Source of the DNA: Octopus vulgaris
Taxonomy: Eukaryota
Length of the DNA: 64,000 nt
NCBI GenBank assembly: GCA_951406725.2
Contig: OX597831.1
Coordinates: 14,322,001-14,386,000 of the forward strand
Reading direction: 5' to 3'
Shown here: positions 52,440 through 64,000 of the stretch, one piece after another
Numbering within the stretch: the stretch's first letter is position 1
Layout: the number at the start of each line of letters is the position of its first letter
Program-made: the position numbers and the translations under genes
The notes under the pieces: model-generated
Told to the model about the DNA's origin: nothing
Databases searched by the model: none
The model's input: only the letters and a program-made list of their open reading frames with translations

Positions 52440-53080
52440 ATTTAATTATAAAGGCCGAGGGTGTTTTGGCATCACTCAGCAAGACCTTTGTCAGCCACTC
52501 TCCAGCTCTCTATTTAAGGCTGTATATGGCTATGGTGTGGCCAAAAGTGGAATTTGCATCACCAGTCTGGAACCCTGATCTTGCTCAGGACATTGACTTC
52601 CTGGAAACCATTCAGAAAACATGCAACTAAGTGAATACCCTCCATCAGGCATCTACCATACTTTGAATACTTCCCTGGGCATGGACACATTGAAGCTCCA
52701 ATGTCTGGCAACTAACTTGGTCAACACCCACAAAATTATTAACCATTGCGCCAACAACCACCTTGAGCACCTTTTTGGGCTCCATGTGTCTAACACATGT
52801 GGCCATGCCTCCAAAGTCAGAAAACAGCACAGCTCCCATGACTTTCAGAAACACTTTTTCACACTCAGAGTTGCTGAAGCATGGAACAAACTACCTGCAT
52901 CAGTTGTTAGTTGCCAAGACATTGCATCCTTTAAAACCTCCATGTTTCCTGAAATGTGCCAACACTACACCTGATATACTCTTCCATATGCATGCACACC
53001 TGTATATCATGACTCATACATGCACTGTGCATGTACCTTTGATGAGTTGTAGTGCACCTGAGCATCATACACAATATACG
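52440..53080 (+). mobile_element. CR1-clade LINE 3' fragment
   Basis: LYMAMVWPKVEFASPVWNP..DIDFLETIQ; TCGHASKV..HFFTLRVAEAWNKLPASVV..FK. Confidence 0.85.
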
Positions 53081-53344
53081 TAAACCTCAACACTGTCTTT
53101 GTATTGTCCCCCTCATCCTTTGCCCTTGTGGCAAATAAAAGAAATTATTATTATTATTTCCTGTACTTTCTTCATATCTAAGCAACAAAAATAAAGTACC
53201 TGGTACTTTCTTCATTCATATTTCACATCTCGCCATTAACTTCTATTTTCCATGCTTTATTTAAGTCTTCCTCGTTATGTTAATTAAACATCCCTAATTA
53301 TGGTGATTTTGTCTTATTTATATTAGTTTTATCTCACTTTTTAA

Positions 53345-54141
53345 ACTTTTATTGGTTTCAGTCTTTGGACTGTGACCATACTGGAGTACCACTATGACAG
53401 GTTTAGTCTAACAAATCAACCCCAGTGTCTGTTTTTTAAGACAGATACTTATTCTATTGATCTATTCTGGCTGAATCGCTAAGTCACACGCACGTAAGCA
53501 AACCAACACAAGCTGTCAAGCAGAAGTGGGGGACAAATACAAACACACCCCACTTATGATGGACTTATCCATATTAGACACAACTCATGTACATATATAT
53601 GTGTGTGTATAATATATACACACACACACGCATATATATATATATATATATATACACAAGAGTAAGCACATAAATGTGAAACAAGGTGGAAAAATAGTAC
53701 TCAAATACCAAAGGTAGAGTAATATGCTTCATTGATAGAACATATATATATATCCCTCTCTCTTTCGGAGAGGCACAAGCACCTACACACACATATACAC
53801 ACACGGCAGTAACTTCCGCCTGCCGAATTCAATCACAAAGCTTCGGTCGGCTTGGGGCTATAGCAGAAGACACCTACCCAAAGTGCCACGCAGTGGGACT
53901 GAACCCGAAACCATATAGCTAGGAAGCAAGCTCCCTAACCACACAGCCATGCCCGATATATATGTATGCATATATACATGACGAGCTTCTTTCAGTTTCT
54001 GTCTTCCAAATTCACTCACAAGGCTTTGGTCAGCTTGAGGCTACAGCAGAAGACACTTGCCCATAGTGCTGCACAGTGGGATGGAACCAAAGACCATATG
54101 GTTGGGAAGCAAGCCTCTTAGTCACACGGCCACGCCTGCAC
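53345..54141 (-). mobile_element. Tandem OR-like SINEs (two heads, one tail)
   Basis: Heads at about 53805-53955 and 53978-54141; tail at about 53345-53545. Confidence 0.75.
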
Positions 54142-55132
54142 CAACATTAATAATTAATCTCTCACTTATACACCCCTACCCTTCTAAAATGGACTGATCT
54201 ATCATATCAAACACAACTCATTTCAATTTCTGACACAAAATCTTTCAACCCAGATCCAATTTCGATTAGGTGGAATGGCCCCAAATGTTGCAATCAGATC
54301 CAGTAGATCAATAAATCCCATCAAATATACATCAGAACCTTAATAGGGGTCTCATGGGATAAGAGAGTGAAGTTCAATCAATGATGGCTAAAGTCAGGAG
54401 GCGAAGAAACAGCAATAATCATTAACAGAATTATATTTTAGCTGATGCTGTTTAGCCCCAGGACTGTTCTGACTCAGCAGGCCTATGAATGAAGGCACTC
54501 CTGCCATGACCATCATGTCTTTTTCCTATCTGCAGGAAACCCAGGACCAGTGTTATCTAACGGATACCTTCCTTTTTCAATATGATACATTGTCATTTGA
54601 TGGAGATTTAGCTGATCTTTCTAGCAGGTTGCAAGACTCCCTGCGAACCTTTTAATGTCAGCAAGAAGAGGAGGAGGAGGAGGAAAACTATGATGTCACA
54701 TGACAGCACAAGAAAATCCTCAAACCAAAATGTCAAAACTTTTTTTCTTAGAGACCACAAAAAACAAAAAATAATGACTGGAAGCTTGCCACAAGCTTAT
54801 CATCACCATCATCATCATCATCATCATCACCATCATCACCATAATCACCATCATCATCATCATCATGGTCATTATAATAATTAAGATGACGAGCTGACCA
54901 AATCCTTACTGTGCTAGAAACAATGCTTAGTGGCATTTTTTCTCACTTGACATTCTGAGTTCAAATGCTGCCAAAGCTGACTTTGCTTTCCATCCTCACA
55001 GGGCTGATAAAATAAGTACCAGTTACGCATTGGGGGTCGATGTTAGTGACTTGCACCTTCTCTCAAAACTGCTGGCTTTGGGCCAAAATTTGAAACCATT
55101 GTTATTATCATTATTATTATTATTATTATTCA

Positions 55133-55470
55133 GAGACCTCCTTTGGTCACAAATGACCATAGGATTGCACCTCGAAAGTTCCCCTCTGAGGCACAAGTCC
55201 GGGCAAGGTTGTTTATGGAAGAAGAGCAGTCACCCCTGCATACTAGCCTCCCGTCTCCACGCCACCAATGTTACCCAAAGGAAAGGCAAAGGGACCAATA
55301 CAGCTTGGCATCAGTGACGTCGCAACTCATTTCTACAGCTGAGTGAACTGGAGCAATGTGAAATAAAGTGTCTTGCTCAAGAACACAACACGCAGCCCAG
55401 TCCGGGATTCGAACCCACAACCTCACGGTCGTAAGTTCGGCACCCTAACCACTGAGCCATGTGCCTTCAC
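55133..55470 (-). mobile_element. Full-length tRNA-derived SINE
   Basis: Reverse complement of 35421-35760; ATT-rich flanks. Confidence 0.9.
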
Positions 55471-56239
55471 TTATTATCATTATTCTTGTTATTATTAAGG
55501 TGGTAAGCTAGCAGAGTCATTAGAACCCCTGACGAAATGATTAGCAGCATTTCGTTCATCCTTACGTTCTAAGTTCAAATTCTACAGAAGTCGACTTCGC
55601 CTTTCATCCTTTCGGGTGGGTCTATAAAAGAAGTACCAGTTGCAAGTACGGATTTGTGTTAGTACAAGTACAAGTGAGTGTTGATAGATCTGGACTGGGT
55701 GACAATAATGATCAACAAAATCAATGATGGGAAAAGAGTAAAAACACTTGGCTTTTTATTGTCTCCTAGCAACGCACTTTGCCTCGGACGAAACACTGAA
55801 GCACTCTGGGGTTGATGTAATCGACTGACAGCCTGCCCCCAACACTATATTTCAGGGCATGGGCCAATAGTATTATTATTATTATCCTCATTATGTATTC
55901 ACTGAGGTTAACTTTAACTTGTATTACCATAGCAGACTCACTCACTATACATATATGTATATATATATCATATATATATATGTATATACGGGGCAAATAA
56001 TTCATGAGAAAAAAATAGTTTGCAAAGATATCATTGACTGTTATTATCTAGTGTAACAATTTAAAAATGATAATAACAGAATCAATAAAAAAAATAGCAT
56101 TAAATAGCTGAAAGGTTAAGATTAATCAAAGGACATGTTAAGTATAAATACGTATAAATATATATGTACTATTGTCTGGGGAGAGTCATTTTCTTTTTGT
56201 GTCTTACAATTTAATATGCTCACATATATATACGCCTAT

Positions 56240-56276
<37 letters not shown>

Positions 56277-56963
56277 TAGATATATAGATAGACAGATATA
56301 TATATATATATATAGATAGAGAGACAGATAGGTAGATAGACAGACAGACAGATGGATAGATAGATGCATATAAAATATTAATCAAAAATTGAAGTGAATT
56401 TATATTCTTATAATATATTTTAGTTGCAATCCTTTACATTCTGTGTTCAAATCCCAGCAAAGCAGAGGTGACTGACTTCACCCTTTGTCTGTCTAAAGCA
56501 TTCTTGTAAGTTTGAGCTGAATCTCCAAGGTTGCTTTGCAGTTTTTTTTTTCTCTTTTAGTAAGTTCTGAGTAATAAAACTTTCCATTCATAATTCTCAA
56601 GTGACTTTGGTGAATGGAAAGAAAAAAAAAAAACACACTGTAAGAAAGTGTATCAAATATGATGTTATGGGATGCCTGAGAAAATATGTCCTGTGTATCA
56701 AAAATACTAGATATGACACAGGCAAATGTGCAATAAACTATACTCTTCCCCCTCCAAAATATACAACTGTGGGTTGTTAATTTGAGATATTTATTATTAT
56801 TAATTACTGTTAATTAGACAATATCTAAATATTTTCACTCAATTATCTAGAGTAACTTTGATAAAACCCTCTTCAAGTACAATTCTTCAGAGAGACAGAG
56901 AGATAATGATGACGATGATGGTGATGATGATAATGGCCATTCCTGCTCATTAGACACCAAAAA

Positions 56964-58000
56964 TCATTTCCTCTTCCCCTGGGACGTCCCAGAGTAACTC
57001 TTATAGTTTCTCTGTCGGTCTTGGTAATAATCCCCTTCTCTAGACCGACTCCTCTGCCTGCTCCTCTCACTGTACTCATTTCTCTGTCTGTTACTCCTCT
57101 CATTAGATCTGCTCCTCTTCCTATTCCTCTCGTTAGATCTACTTCTCTGCCTCTCCTTCCCATTAGATATGTGCCTTTCATGAGACACATTCCTCTGCCT
57201 CTTCCTCTCATTAGATCTGCTCCTATTACTGTTCCTTTCATTGGATCCACTCCTCTTACTACGCCTCTCATTAGATCTGCTTCTTTGCCTATTCCTCTCA
57301 TTAGATCTACTCCTCTTACTATTCCTTTCCTTAGATACACTCCTCTGCCTATTCCTCTCATTAGATCCACTCCTCTTACTATTTCTTTCTTTAGAAATAC
57401 TCCTCTGCCTATTCCTCTCGTGAGATCTGCTCCTCTTGCTATTCCTCTCCTTAGAGACACTCCTCTGCCTATTCCTCTCATTAGACCTACTCCTCTGCCT
57501 ATTCCCCTCCTTAGCTTTACCGCTCTGTTTCTTCTTGCTGCTGCCATCACTGGAATCACTACTCTGCCCACTCCTCACACTGGACACGCTACTCTGCCTG
57601 CTCCTTTCACTCGACTCACTACTCTGCCCGCTACTCTCACTCGACTGCCTCCTTCTGCGCACTCTCTGAGCCTGAGCCTTTGTCTCACCACCACCACCAC
57701 CACTACTACAGCTGCTACTACGGCTGCGATGTCCCGCATCTCTCCGTTGCACTCGATCTTTGATTTCTCTGCCGCGAGCTTTCGAGTGAGTCCTTTTCGA
57801 GTCAAACTGCTCCTTGCCCATGCTGCCGGAGGTCCCAGGATGGCAATCATAAGAAGAATTCTTTGAAGCAGAGTCCTTGTCTTTAGTTTTCCCATTCTTG
57901 CCGCCAGTTGAGTGTTTTCTGCTTGATTCTTTGCTGTGTTTGTTGGATTTGTCTTTCTCAGAATGGTTCACTCTCTTGTGGCAACTGGAATCCTTCTCTT
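56964..58000 (-). CDS. CIR1: CIR1 orthologue, terminal exon (Arg/Ser-rich)
   Basis: TTTTGCAG acceptor (AG at 58002-58001); phase-1 join to the 60346 exon; ~345-codon R/S/K/E-rich frame ending SQGKRK*. Confidence 0.85.
57040..57510 (-). repeat. Coding 30-bp minisatellite (ERNRQRSRSN-type decapeptides)
   Basis: About 15 units; alternating ERNRQRSVSK / ERNSKRSRSN gives a 60-bp higher-order period. Confidence 0.9.
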
Positions 58001-58582
58001 CTGCAAAATACAACAATAAATAAATAAATAAAAATACCAAAAAAAAAAAAGAGAAAAAGTAAAAAAGAAACAGTTATTTTTCTTATGAGTAATATCCTTT
58101 CTATGAAGAGCACAAAGCCAGTAATTTCAGGGAAAGGGGTCAAGTTGATTTCATCACCCCCAGTACTCAGCTGGTATTTATTTTATCAACCCTGGGAAGA
58201 ATGAAGGGCAAAGCTGGCCTTGATGGATTTGTATAAGGAACGCCTTTTTTTTCAAAAATTAGGTTAAAAAAAAATGGGAGTTTCCTGTACACAGATAGTA
58301 TTATAATCCCTTACACAACCTTTCTCCCAAATTTTAAGTCCCCCAAAATTAGGGGTTTCCTTATAGATGTTAAAATATGGTGGATTGTAAAGACAAGATG
58401 AAATGCTGCCAAGCATTGTTCCAAGTATGCTATCGATTCAGCCAGCTTGCCACCTTATGGGAAGTGAAATGAAGAGCTTTGCTCAAGGACAATGTGTTAC
58501 CTGGTCTATGAATTGAACCTACAACTTATTTGATCATCAGTGAAATGTTCTAACCTCTAGACCATGCCAGACTTCTTGTGGT

Positions 58583-59075
58583 CATCATCATCATTGTTCG
58601 ACCGTGGTCGAGACAATGGAATTTACCATGTTGCGCCAGACTTCACGGTCCATCATAGCATTACGGAGGTCCTGTTGCTGGATGCCTGTATCCCTGGAGA
58701 TTACATCAGGGTAGGAGAGTGTGCGCCCTCTGGTGTTGCGAGTAGATGGCTTCCAGAGGAGAAGAGTAGAAATTACTTCTTTTTCAGCTCTACAACAATG
58801 TCCAGCAAACTGGACTCTCCTACCTTTCACAAGAGATGACACAGGTGGTAATTTCCCATATATTTGCATTTTAGTTGGATGGCGCCTCCACGAGAGATTT
58901 TGAGCTCTCATAAGGAGGCGAGTGTAGGTTCCATCCAACCGCCTCTCAAGCTTCTTTGATAACGTCCAGGTTTCTGAGCCATATAGTAGGATTGGTTCGA
59001 CTGTGGCTTTGAATATTTCAAGTTTGAAGTCTCTACTTAGATTTGATGACCAGATCTTATGCATGTCATTACATT
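58583..59075 (-). mobile_element. Young 5'-truncated RTE LINE in a CIR1 intron
   Basis: Nearly identical to 44044-44534; perfect 12-bp TSD ACTTCTTGTGGT (58571-58582, 59076-59087). Confidence 0.95.
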
Positions 59076-59361
59076 ACTTCTTGTGGTAACTGGAAGTCTT
59101 ATCTTGGGCCTGAATAGTAATCATGTCTATCATTGTCAGAGTCACAAATTTTTCAGTGCCAACTCTTTATAAGGTCAACTTTGCTGCTCATCCTTCTAAA
59201 TTAAACACAGGGGTTGATGCAATCAACTTATCACCCCCCTCCACCTTAAATTGTTAGTCTTGAGCCATAATTATATAAGTACCGGAGTCAGTTTAGTTGA
59301 CTAATCCTCATCCAGATTGCTGGTCTTATGCCTAAATCAGGAAATATAATTATGGTGGCCG

Positions 59362-59832
59362 ACGACAGTACCACCTGATTGGCACCTGTGCTGGTGGCAT
59401 TTAAAAAGCACCATTCGAGCATGGTCGATGCCAGTGCTGCCTGACTGGCCATTGTGCTGGTGGCATGTAAAAAGTACCATTTGAGCATGGTCGATGCCAG
59501 TGCAGCCTGATTGGCACCTGTGCTGGTGGCATACAAAAAGCACCATTTCAGTGAGGTCGATGCCAGTGCAGGCTGATTGGCTCTCATGCCAGTGGCATTT
59601 AAAAAGCACCGTTCATGAGTGGTTGATGCCAGTGCCGCCTGACTGGCCCTCTAAAAAGCATCCACTAAATTCTTGGAGTAGCTGGCGTTAGGAAGGGCAT
59701 CCAGCTGTAGAAACTTTGCCAGATTGGATTGGGACCTGGTGCAGCTTTCTGGCTTGCCAGACCTCAGTCAAACCGTCCAACCCATGCCAGCATGGAAAGT
59801 CGACATTAAGCGACTATGATGATGATGATGAC
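59362..59832 (+). mobile_element. (GAT)n-tailed SINE with about five internal ~65-bp repeats
   Basis: Repeated GGTGGCAT..AAAAAGCACC..GGTCGATGCCAGTGC..CTGA.TGGC units. Confidence 0.85.
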
Positions 59833-59976
59833 TGGCAGTTTTAAAGGTCAAGCAGAGCTGATTGCATCAACTAAATTCTTACTTACATTTAAAATTAATT
59901 GAAAGAAACACAGAGCATCTCAACAGAAATATGGTGACAAAAGGGTTAAAATATATAATAGAGAAACAATTCTTAA

Positions 59977-60198
59977 CCCTTTTGATACTAACCTGGCTGA
60001 AACTGCCTCTGGCTCTGTAGTACAAATGTCTTGTTTTCATAAGTTTTGAATTAAAATCTTCCACCAGACCTTAGTCACAATTTATGTTCCTAACACTAGC
60101 TTAAGGATAACTAAGTTATTTTACTAAATTCTTTGTTACATTTAAAATTAATTGAAAGAAACACAGAGCATCTCAATAGAAATATGGTAATGAAAGGG
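59977..60198. mobile_element. piggyBac-type MITE, opposite orientation to 26362-26581
   Basis: TTAA-CCCTTT ... AAAGGG-TTAA; additional partial end at about 59871-59945. Confidence 0.85.
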
Positions 60199-60345
60199 TT
60201 AAAGAGAGGGGTCTATCCCAGTAATTGAATGGTACCTCTTTTGACTGATGAAAGGCAGCTTGTCTTAGATTCTACAGAACGGATGCAGGCTTTGCTACGA
60301 GCTTTATAAAAACATACAAAACACATTAATAACAAATGAACTTAC

Positions 60346-60437
60346 CAGTTTTCTCATGGTGTTTGGAGTGTTTGTGTTTCTTTGACTTCTTTTTCTTCTT
60401 CTTTGGTGATTCCTTCGTCCTGAGCACCAAAAGCTTC
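60346..60437 (-). CDS. CIR1: CIR1 orthologue, penultimate exon
   Basis: TTTGTAG acceptor, GTAAGT donor; 92 nt, phase 2 to 1; KLLVLRTKESPKKKKKKSKKHKHSKHHEKT. Confidence 0.85.
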
Positions 60438-61174
60438 CTACAAATGCAAACAAACATTAGCAAAATAATAATTACCAGCCCCCCCCATCACAACCAGTAT
60501 CCTCACCATCTCCACCACCAGCACCACCACTACCATCATCATCATCATCGTCAATCATTGTTTTAATGTCCACCTTTCCATGCTTGTATGAGGTGGAAGA
60601 AATTTGTTGTGACTGGATGCCCTTCCTGCTGCCAACACTCCCCCATTTCTAAGTAAAGTAATGTTTCCCCATGACCAGACATGTTTTTATGGAAGACTGG
60701 AAATGAAGGCCACTGGCTTGTACGACAGTGTCACTTGCTTATGACTATCAGTCGATGTCAAAGCAGGAAGACACTAACTCACACACACACAAACATGATG
60801 GGCTTCTTTACAGTTTCTGTGTACCAAATCCACCCACAAGGTCTTGGCTGACCTGGGACTATAGAAGGAGGCAATGTGCCAAGCAGTGGGACTGAACCTG
60901 AAACTATGTGGTTGGGAAAAGCAAACTTCTCACCACACACCATCATCATCATCGTTTAGTGTCCACTTTCCATGCTGGCATGGGTTGGACGTTTTGACTG
61001 AAAACTGGTAAGCCAGGGAGCTGCACCAAGTTCCAATCTGATTTGGTAAGGTTTCTATGACTGGAGGTCCTACCTAATGCCAACCACTCCCAGAGTGTAG
61101 AGGGTGCTTTTCCCATACCATTGGCACGGGTGCTATTCATGTGACACCGGCATCAGCCATGACTACAATCCCAC

Positions 61175-61211
61175 TTCGAACCTGGGTTCTCATCTCTAAG
61201 GTATTTTTCAA

Positions 61212-61247
<36 letters not shown>

Positions 61248-61516
61248 AGTCACTGCCTGGAATCGAACTCAGAATCTTGTGGTTAGTAGCCTGCGCTCTT
61301 AACCACGGGCATATGTTGGATTCCAGACAGTGACCTGAACAGCAACAAAAACAGCGATGACGACGACGCCGGTGGTGAAAAATACCTTAGGAATGAGAAC
61401 CCAGGTTCAAAATTTCCCTAAGACACCTGATGAAAGCTGGAGGGTATATCAGCCGAAACATTGTGTTAACAACAAACAAGATGAGGACAAATATCCATCA
61501 ATTGCAAATAATGTAA
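61175..61516 (+). mobile_element. tRNA-headed hammerhead retroposon, inverted arrangement (copy C)
   Basis: Minus arm 61175-61306; plus arm with partly deleted head; hammerhead GACAC-CTGATGA..TCAGCC-GAAACATT-GTGTT at about 61422-61467. Confidence 0.8.
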
Positions 61517-61947
61517 TTAAATTATAAATTGTGTAAAAAAAATTGTTAAAGTATTTCGCGTATTGTAGAATTATAACCAATTTATTGCAGATAAATTTTA
61601 ACGGAATCTTCTTTGGACTCCACCCACCAAGGGTCATACTGATTTTGATTGGGACTCCTTGATATAGAGGGAATGATTTGGTATCATCTGGACCCTACTT
61701 TCATATTATACTTGTCCCTTGAGTATATATTACAGGACTCATTTTATAAGCCGAATTGAGGGTGCTGGACCCCTCATGGATAATGAAAGAATGTGACGTG
61801 TGTAGAAATGCCCTGATGATAGTGACCAAAGGCAATAAGACATGTCAGCACGGAAAGGAGAATCTGATGTGAAAAAGGTGAATAGAAGGCAAGAATGCAT
61901 GAATGAAGACATTGGTGTAGGAGTTGTGAAGTGATGTAGAGACTTAC

Positions 61948-62033
61948 TTCAGGAGTTTCTTCTTTTGATGTGGAGTTAAAGACTTGAGGAACTTCACTTC
62001 TTCGTCTTCATCATCTTTTACTTCGACATCTTT
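61948..62033 (-). CDS. CIR1: CIR1 orthologue, internal exon
   Basis: TTCACAG acceptor, GTAAGT donor; 86 nt, phase 0 to 2; EEVKFLKSLTPHQKKKLL(K)KL matches the EVEFLKSLT.KQK.KLLRKL motif I recall from vertebrate CIR1. Confidence 0.85.
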
Positions 62034-62922
62034 CTGTGAATAAAAACCAGATAAAGGGTGAAACGAAATTCATTAATAATAATTATAAATTTCGGTTAAG
62101 TTCACATGCTGTGATGAAATGTGAGAAGAAGGCACTGATGGGTCTGAGAAACACTCGTCTTTGAAATGATGAGGGTAATAAGGAAAGGTAAAGGGAGAGG
62201 TTTTAGAAACATCAGAAGTAAAGGCATGGTTAAGAAGCTCCCTTGGCAATCATGTGATCTCAGGTTAAGTCGTAATGCACAACACTTTGGACAAGGGTCT
62301 CTTGGTATGGCCCCGGGATCATCAAAGTCTCGTGAATAAATTTGGTAGAATAAAACTAAAAAAAAAGTGCCTTACTCTGATGACCTGGACTGGAGCTAAA
62401 AGGATTTGAACTCAGGATATAATGAGATGTGACCAAAAGTCACAAGATATTTTGTCGGATGCTCCACCAATTCTACCATACACCAATATGGTGGAATTGA
62501 TAAACTAATGTTGTCTTGACACAATTGGCTGAGAGGCCAAGAATATGTTGAGGAGAGAATTCAACTGTTTGATCAGCTCATGTCAATCCTGCTAAAAGGC
62601 ACCTATAATCAAAGACGTTCCAACCATGACCAAACCATCTTTTTTTTCAGACATACTGAATTATTGAACCAAGGAACACATTATTCAAAAGAATATGTGT
62701 GTGTGTTACCATCTCCTTGCCTTAGCTTTGAGTAACAGTTGTAAACAAGTGCCACTGTTATACAAGCAGGTGTCATTCATTTCCAATATGCTGTGATGAT
62801 ATATATCTGGCCATGAAGAAATATTACTTCGTTTGGAAACAGGTGAGGGTTGGTGACAGAAAGGGCATCCACCTGTAGAATATCCAGCCACAACAAATTT
62901 CATCCAAGCATGGAACAGTGGA

Positions 62923-63237
62923 TCGGTGGCATGTAAAAAGCACCATCCGAACGTGGCCGATGCCAGTGCCGCCTTGACTGGCTTTTGTGCCGGTGGCACT
63001 TAAAAAGCACCAACTGATTGTGGCTGTTGCCAGCCTCCCCTGGCACCTGTGCTGGTGGCACGTAAAAAGCACCCACTACACTCACGGAGTGGCTGGCATT
63101 AGGAAGGGCATCCAGCTGTAGAAACACTGCCAGATCAGACTGGAGCCTGGTGCAGCCTCTTAGCTTCCCAGACCCCGGTCGAACCGTTCATCTCGTGCTA
63201 GCACAGAAAATGGACGTTAAACGATGATGATGATGAT
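62923..63237 (+). mobile_element. (GAT)n-tailed SINE
   Basis: Three internal units plus body and tail. Confidence 0.85.
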
Positions 63238-63547
63238 TTTTTTGTTTACTGACGGTAATTGGCTATGTCTTAATAGATGATGGCCATGCAGAGAAGGTGG
63301 GTAGCTCTTAAAAATTATTTAGGCAGGAGGGAACAAAGTGCTCATGACCCTTTACAGAGTCCCTGAGACTGATGGGAGGGAAGGAAAGGAAGTTAACTCA
63401 CAGCCAGAGATTTGCTTAAATGCTTGTGATGGGGAGGCTCTAAAAGCATCCAAAGTGCCAAGTGGTGGTCATGTGAAAGCAGGTGGTTTAGCACCACCAG
63501 TCACACAGACAGGCCAGGATGGGATCTGAACTCAGAAACCATAGAAC

Positions 63548-63619
63548 CATACGTGGTGTAGTGGTTAAGAGCACGGGCTACTAACCCCAAGATTCTGAGT
63601 TGGATTCCAGGCAGTGACT
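63548..63619 (+). mobile_element. Isolated tRNA-like head of the hammerhead retroposon family (copy D)
   Basis: GTGGTGTAGTGGTTAAGAGCACGGGCTACTAACCCCAAGATTCTGAGTTGGATTCCAGGCAGTGAC. Confidence 0.75.
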
Positions 63620-63794
63620 CGTAAAGCCAAGGTCTTGTAAAGCAGGCCCTTGTTAAGTGCTGTATTACTGTATGTGTATGTCTTTGTGTTTGTACCCTCA
63701 ACACAATCTGCTATGTCACAGCCTTTGGCTTTTTTTAAAGTTTACTTTAGGATGCCTGCAAGGGTCAGACGGAACATTTGGAGCAGAGTTTTCT

Positions 63795-63902
63795 ATGGCT
63801 GGATGCCCTTCTTGATGCCCTTGGACATTTAGTTAGATGGCTGGATGCCCTTCTTGATGCCCTTGGACATTTGGTTAGATGGCTGGATGCCCTTCTTGAT
63901 GC
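63795..63902. repeat. 42-bp tandem repeat (about 2.6 units) within a SINE fragment
   Basis: ATGGCTGGATGCCCTTCTTGATGCCCTTGGACATTT(A/G)GTTAG. Confidence 0.85.
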
Positions 63903-64000
63903 AAGCCCTTACTTGTTTCCAAATGAAATAATAATCTTCTATTCTACAGAAGAATAAAGAGCCCCAAACATGGTAATTCAGAGAATTGGAGACAAAAAGA

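Noticed and set aside
57021-57866. 281-aa antisense ORF and 232-aa alternative-frame ORF over the CIR1 last exon
   Set aside because: Expected by-products of a stop-poor 30-bp coding repeat; no splice or start context.

Overview
AT-rich, microsatellite-dense eukaryotic genomic DNA. The SINE/LINE repertoire points to a coleoid cephalopod, most likely Octopus (inference). Two genes converge tail-to-tail. (1) The 3' part of an unidentified + strand gene has a 228-codon Ser/acidic terminal exon (30746-31431) and several short candidate alternative terminal exons, all compatible with one upstream phase-1 donor. (2) The last three coding exons of a CIR1 orthologue lie on the - strand (62033-56964), with an expanded 30-bp RS-type coding minisatellite. 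The rest is a transposon mosaic: tRNA-derived SINE families, two almost identical young RTE LINE insertions with 12-bp TSDs, R4/Dong-like and CR1-like LINE remnants, Penelope-like element (PLE) remnants, a nested DD37D mariner, piggyBac/hAT/Tc1 MITEs and a solo LTR. The most unusual signal is a ~270-bp repeat made of a tRNA-like Pol III head, an (AAT)n spacer and a minimal Penelope-type hammerhead ribozyme. All three substantial copies carry a 5' inverted arm, a PLE insertion hallmark. All calls were made by eye; repeat boundaries are approximate.
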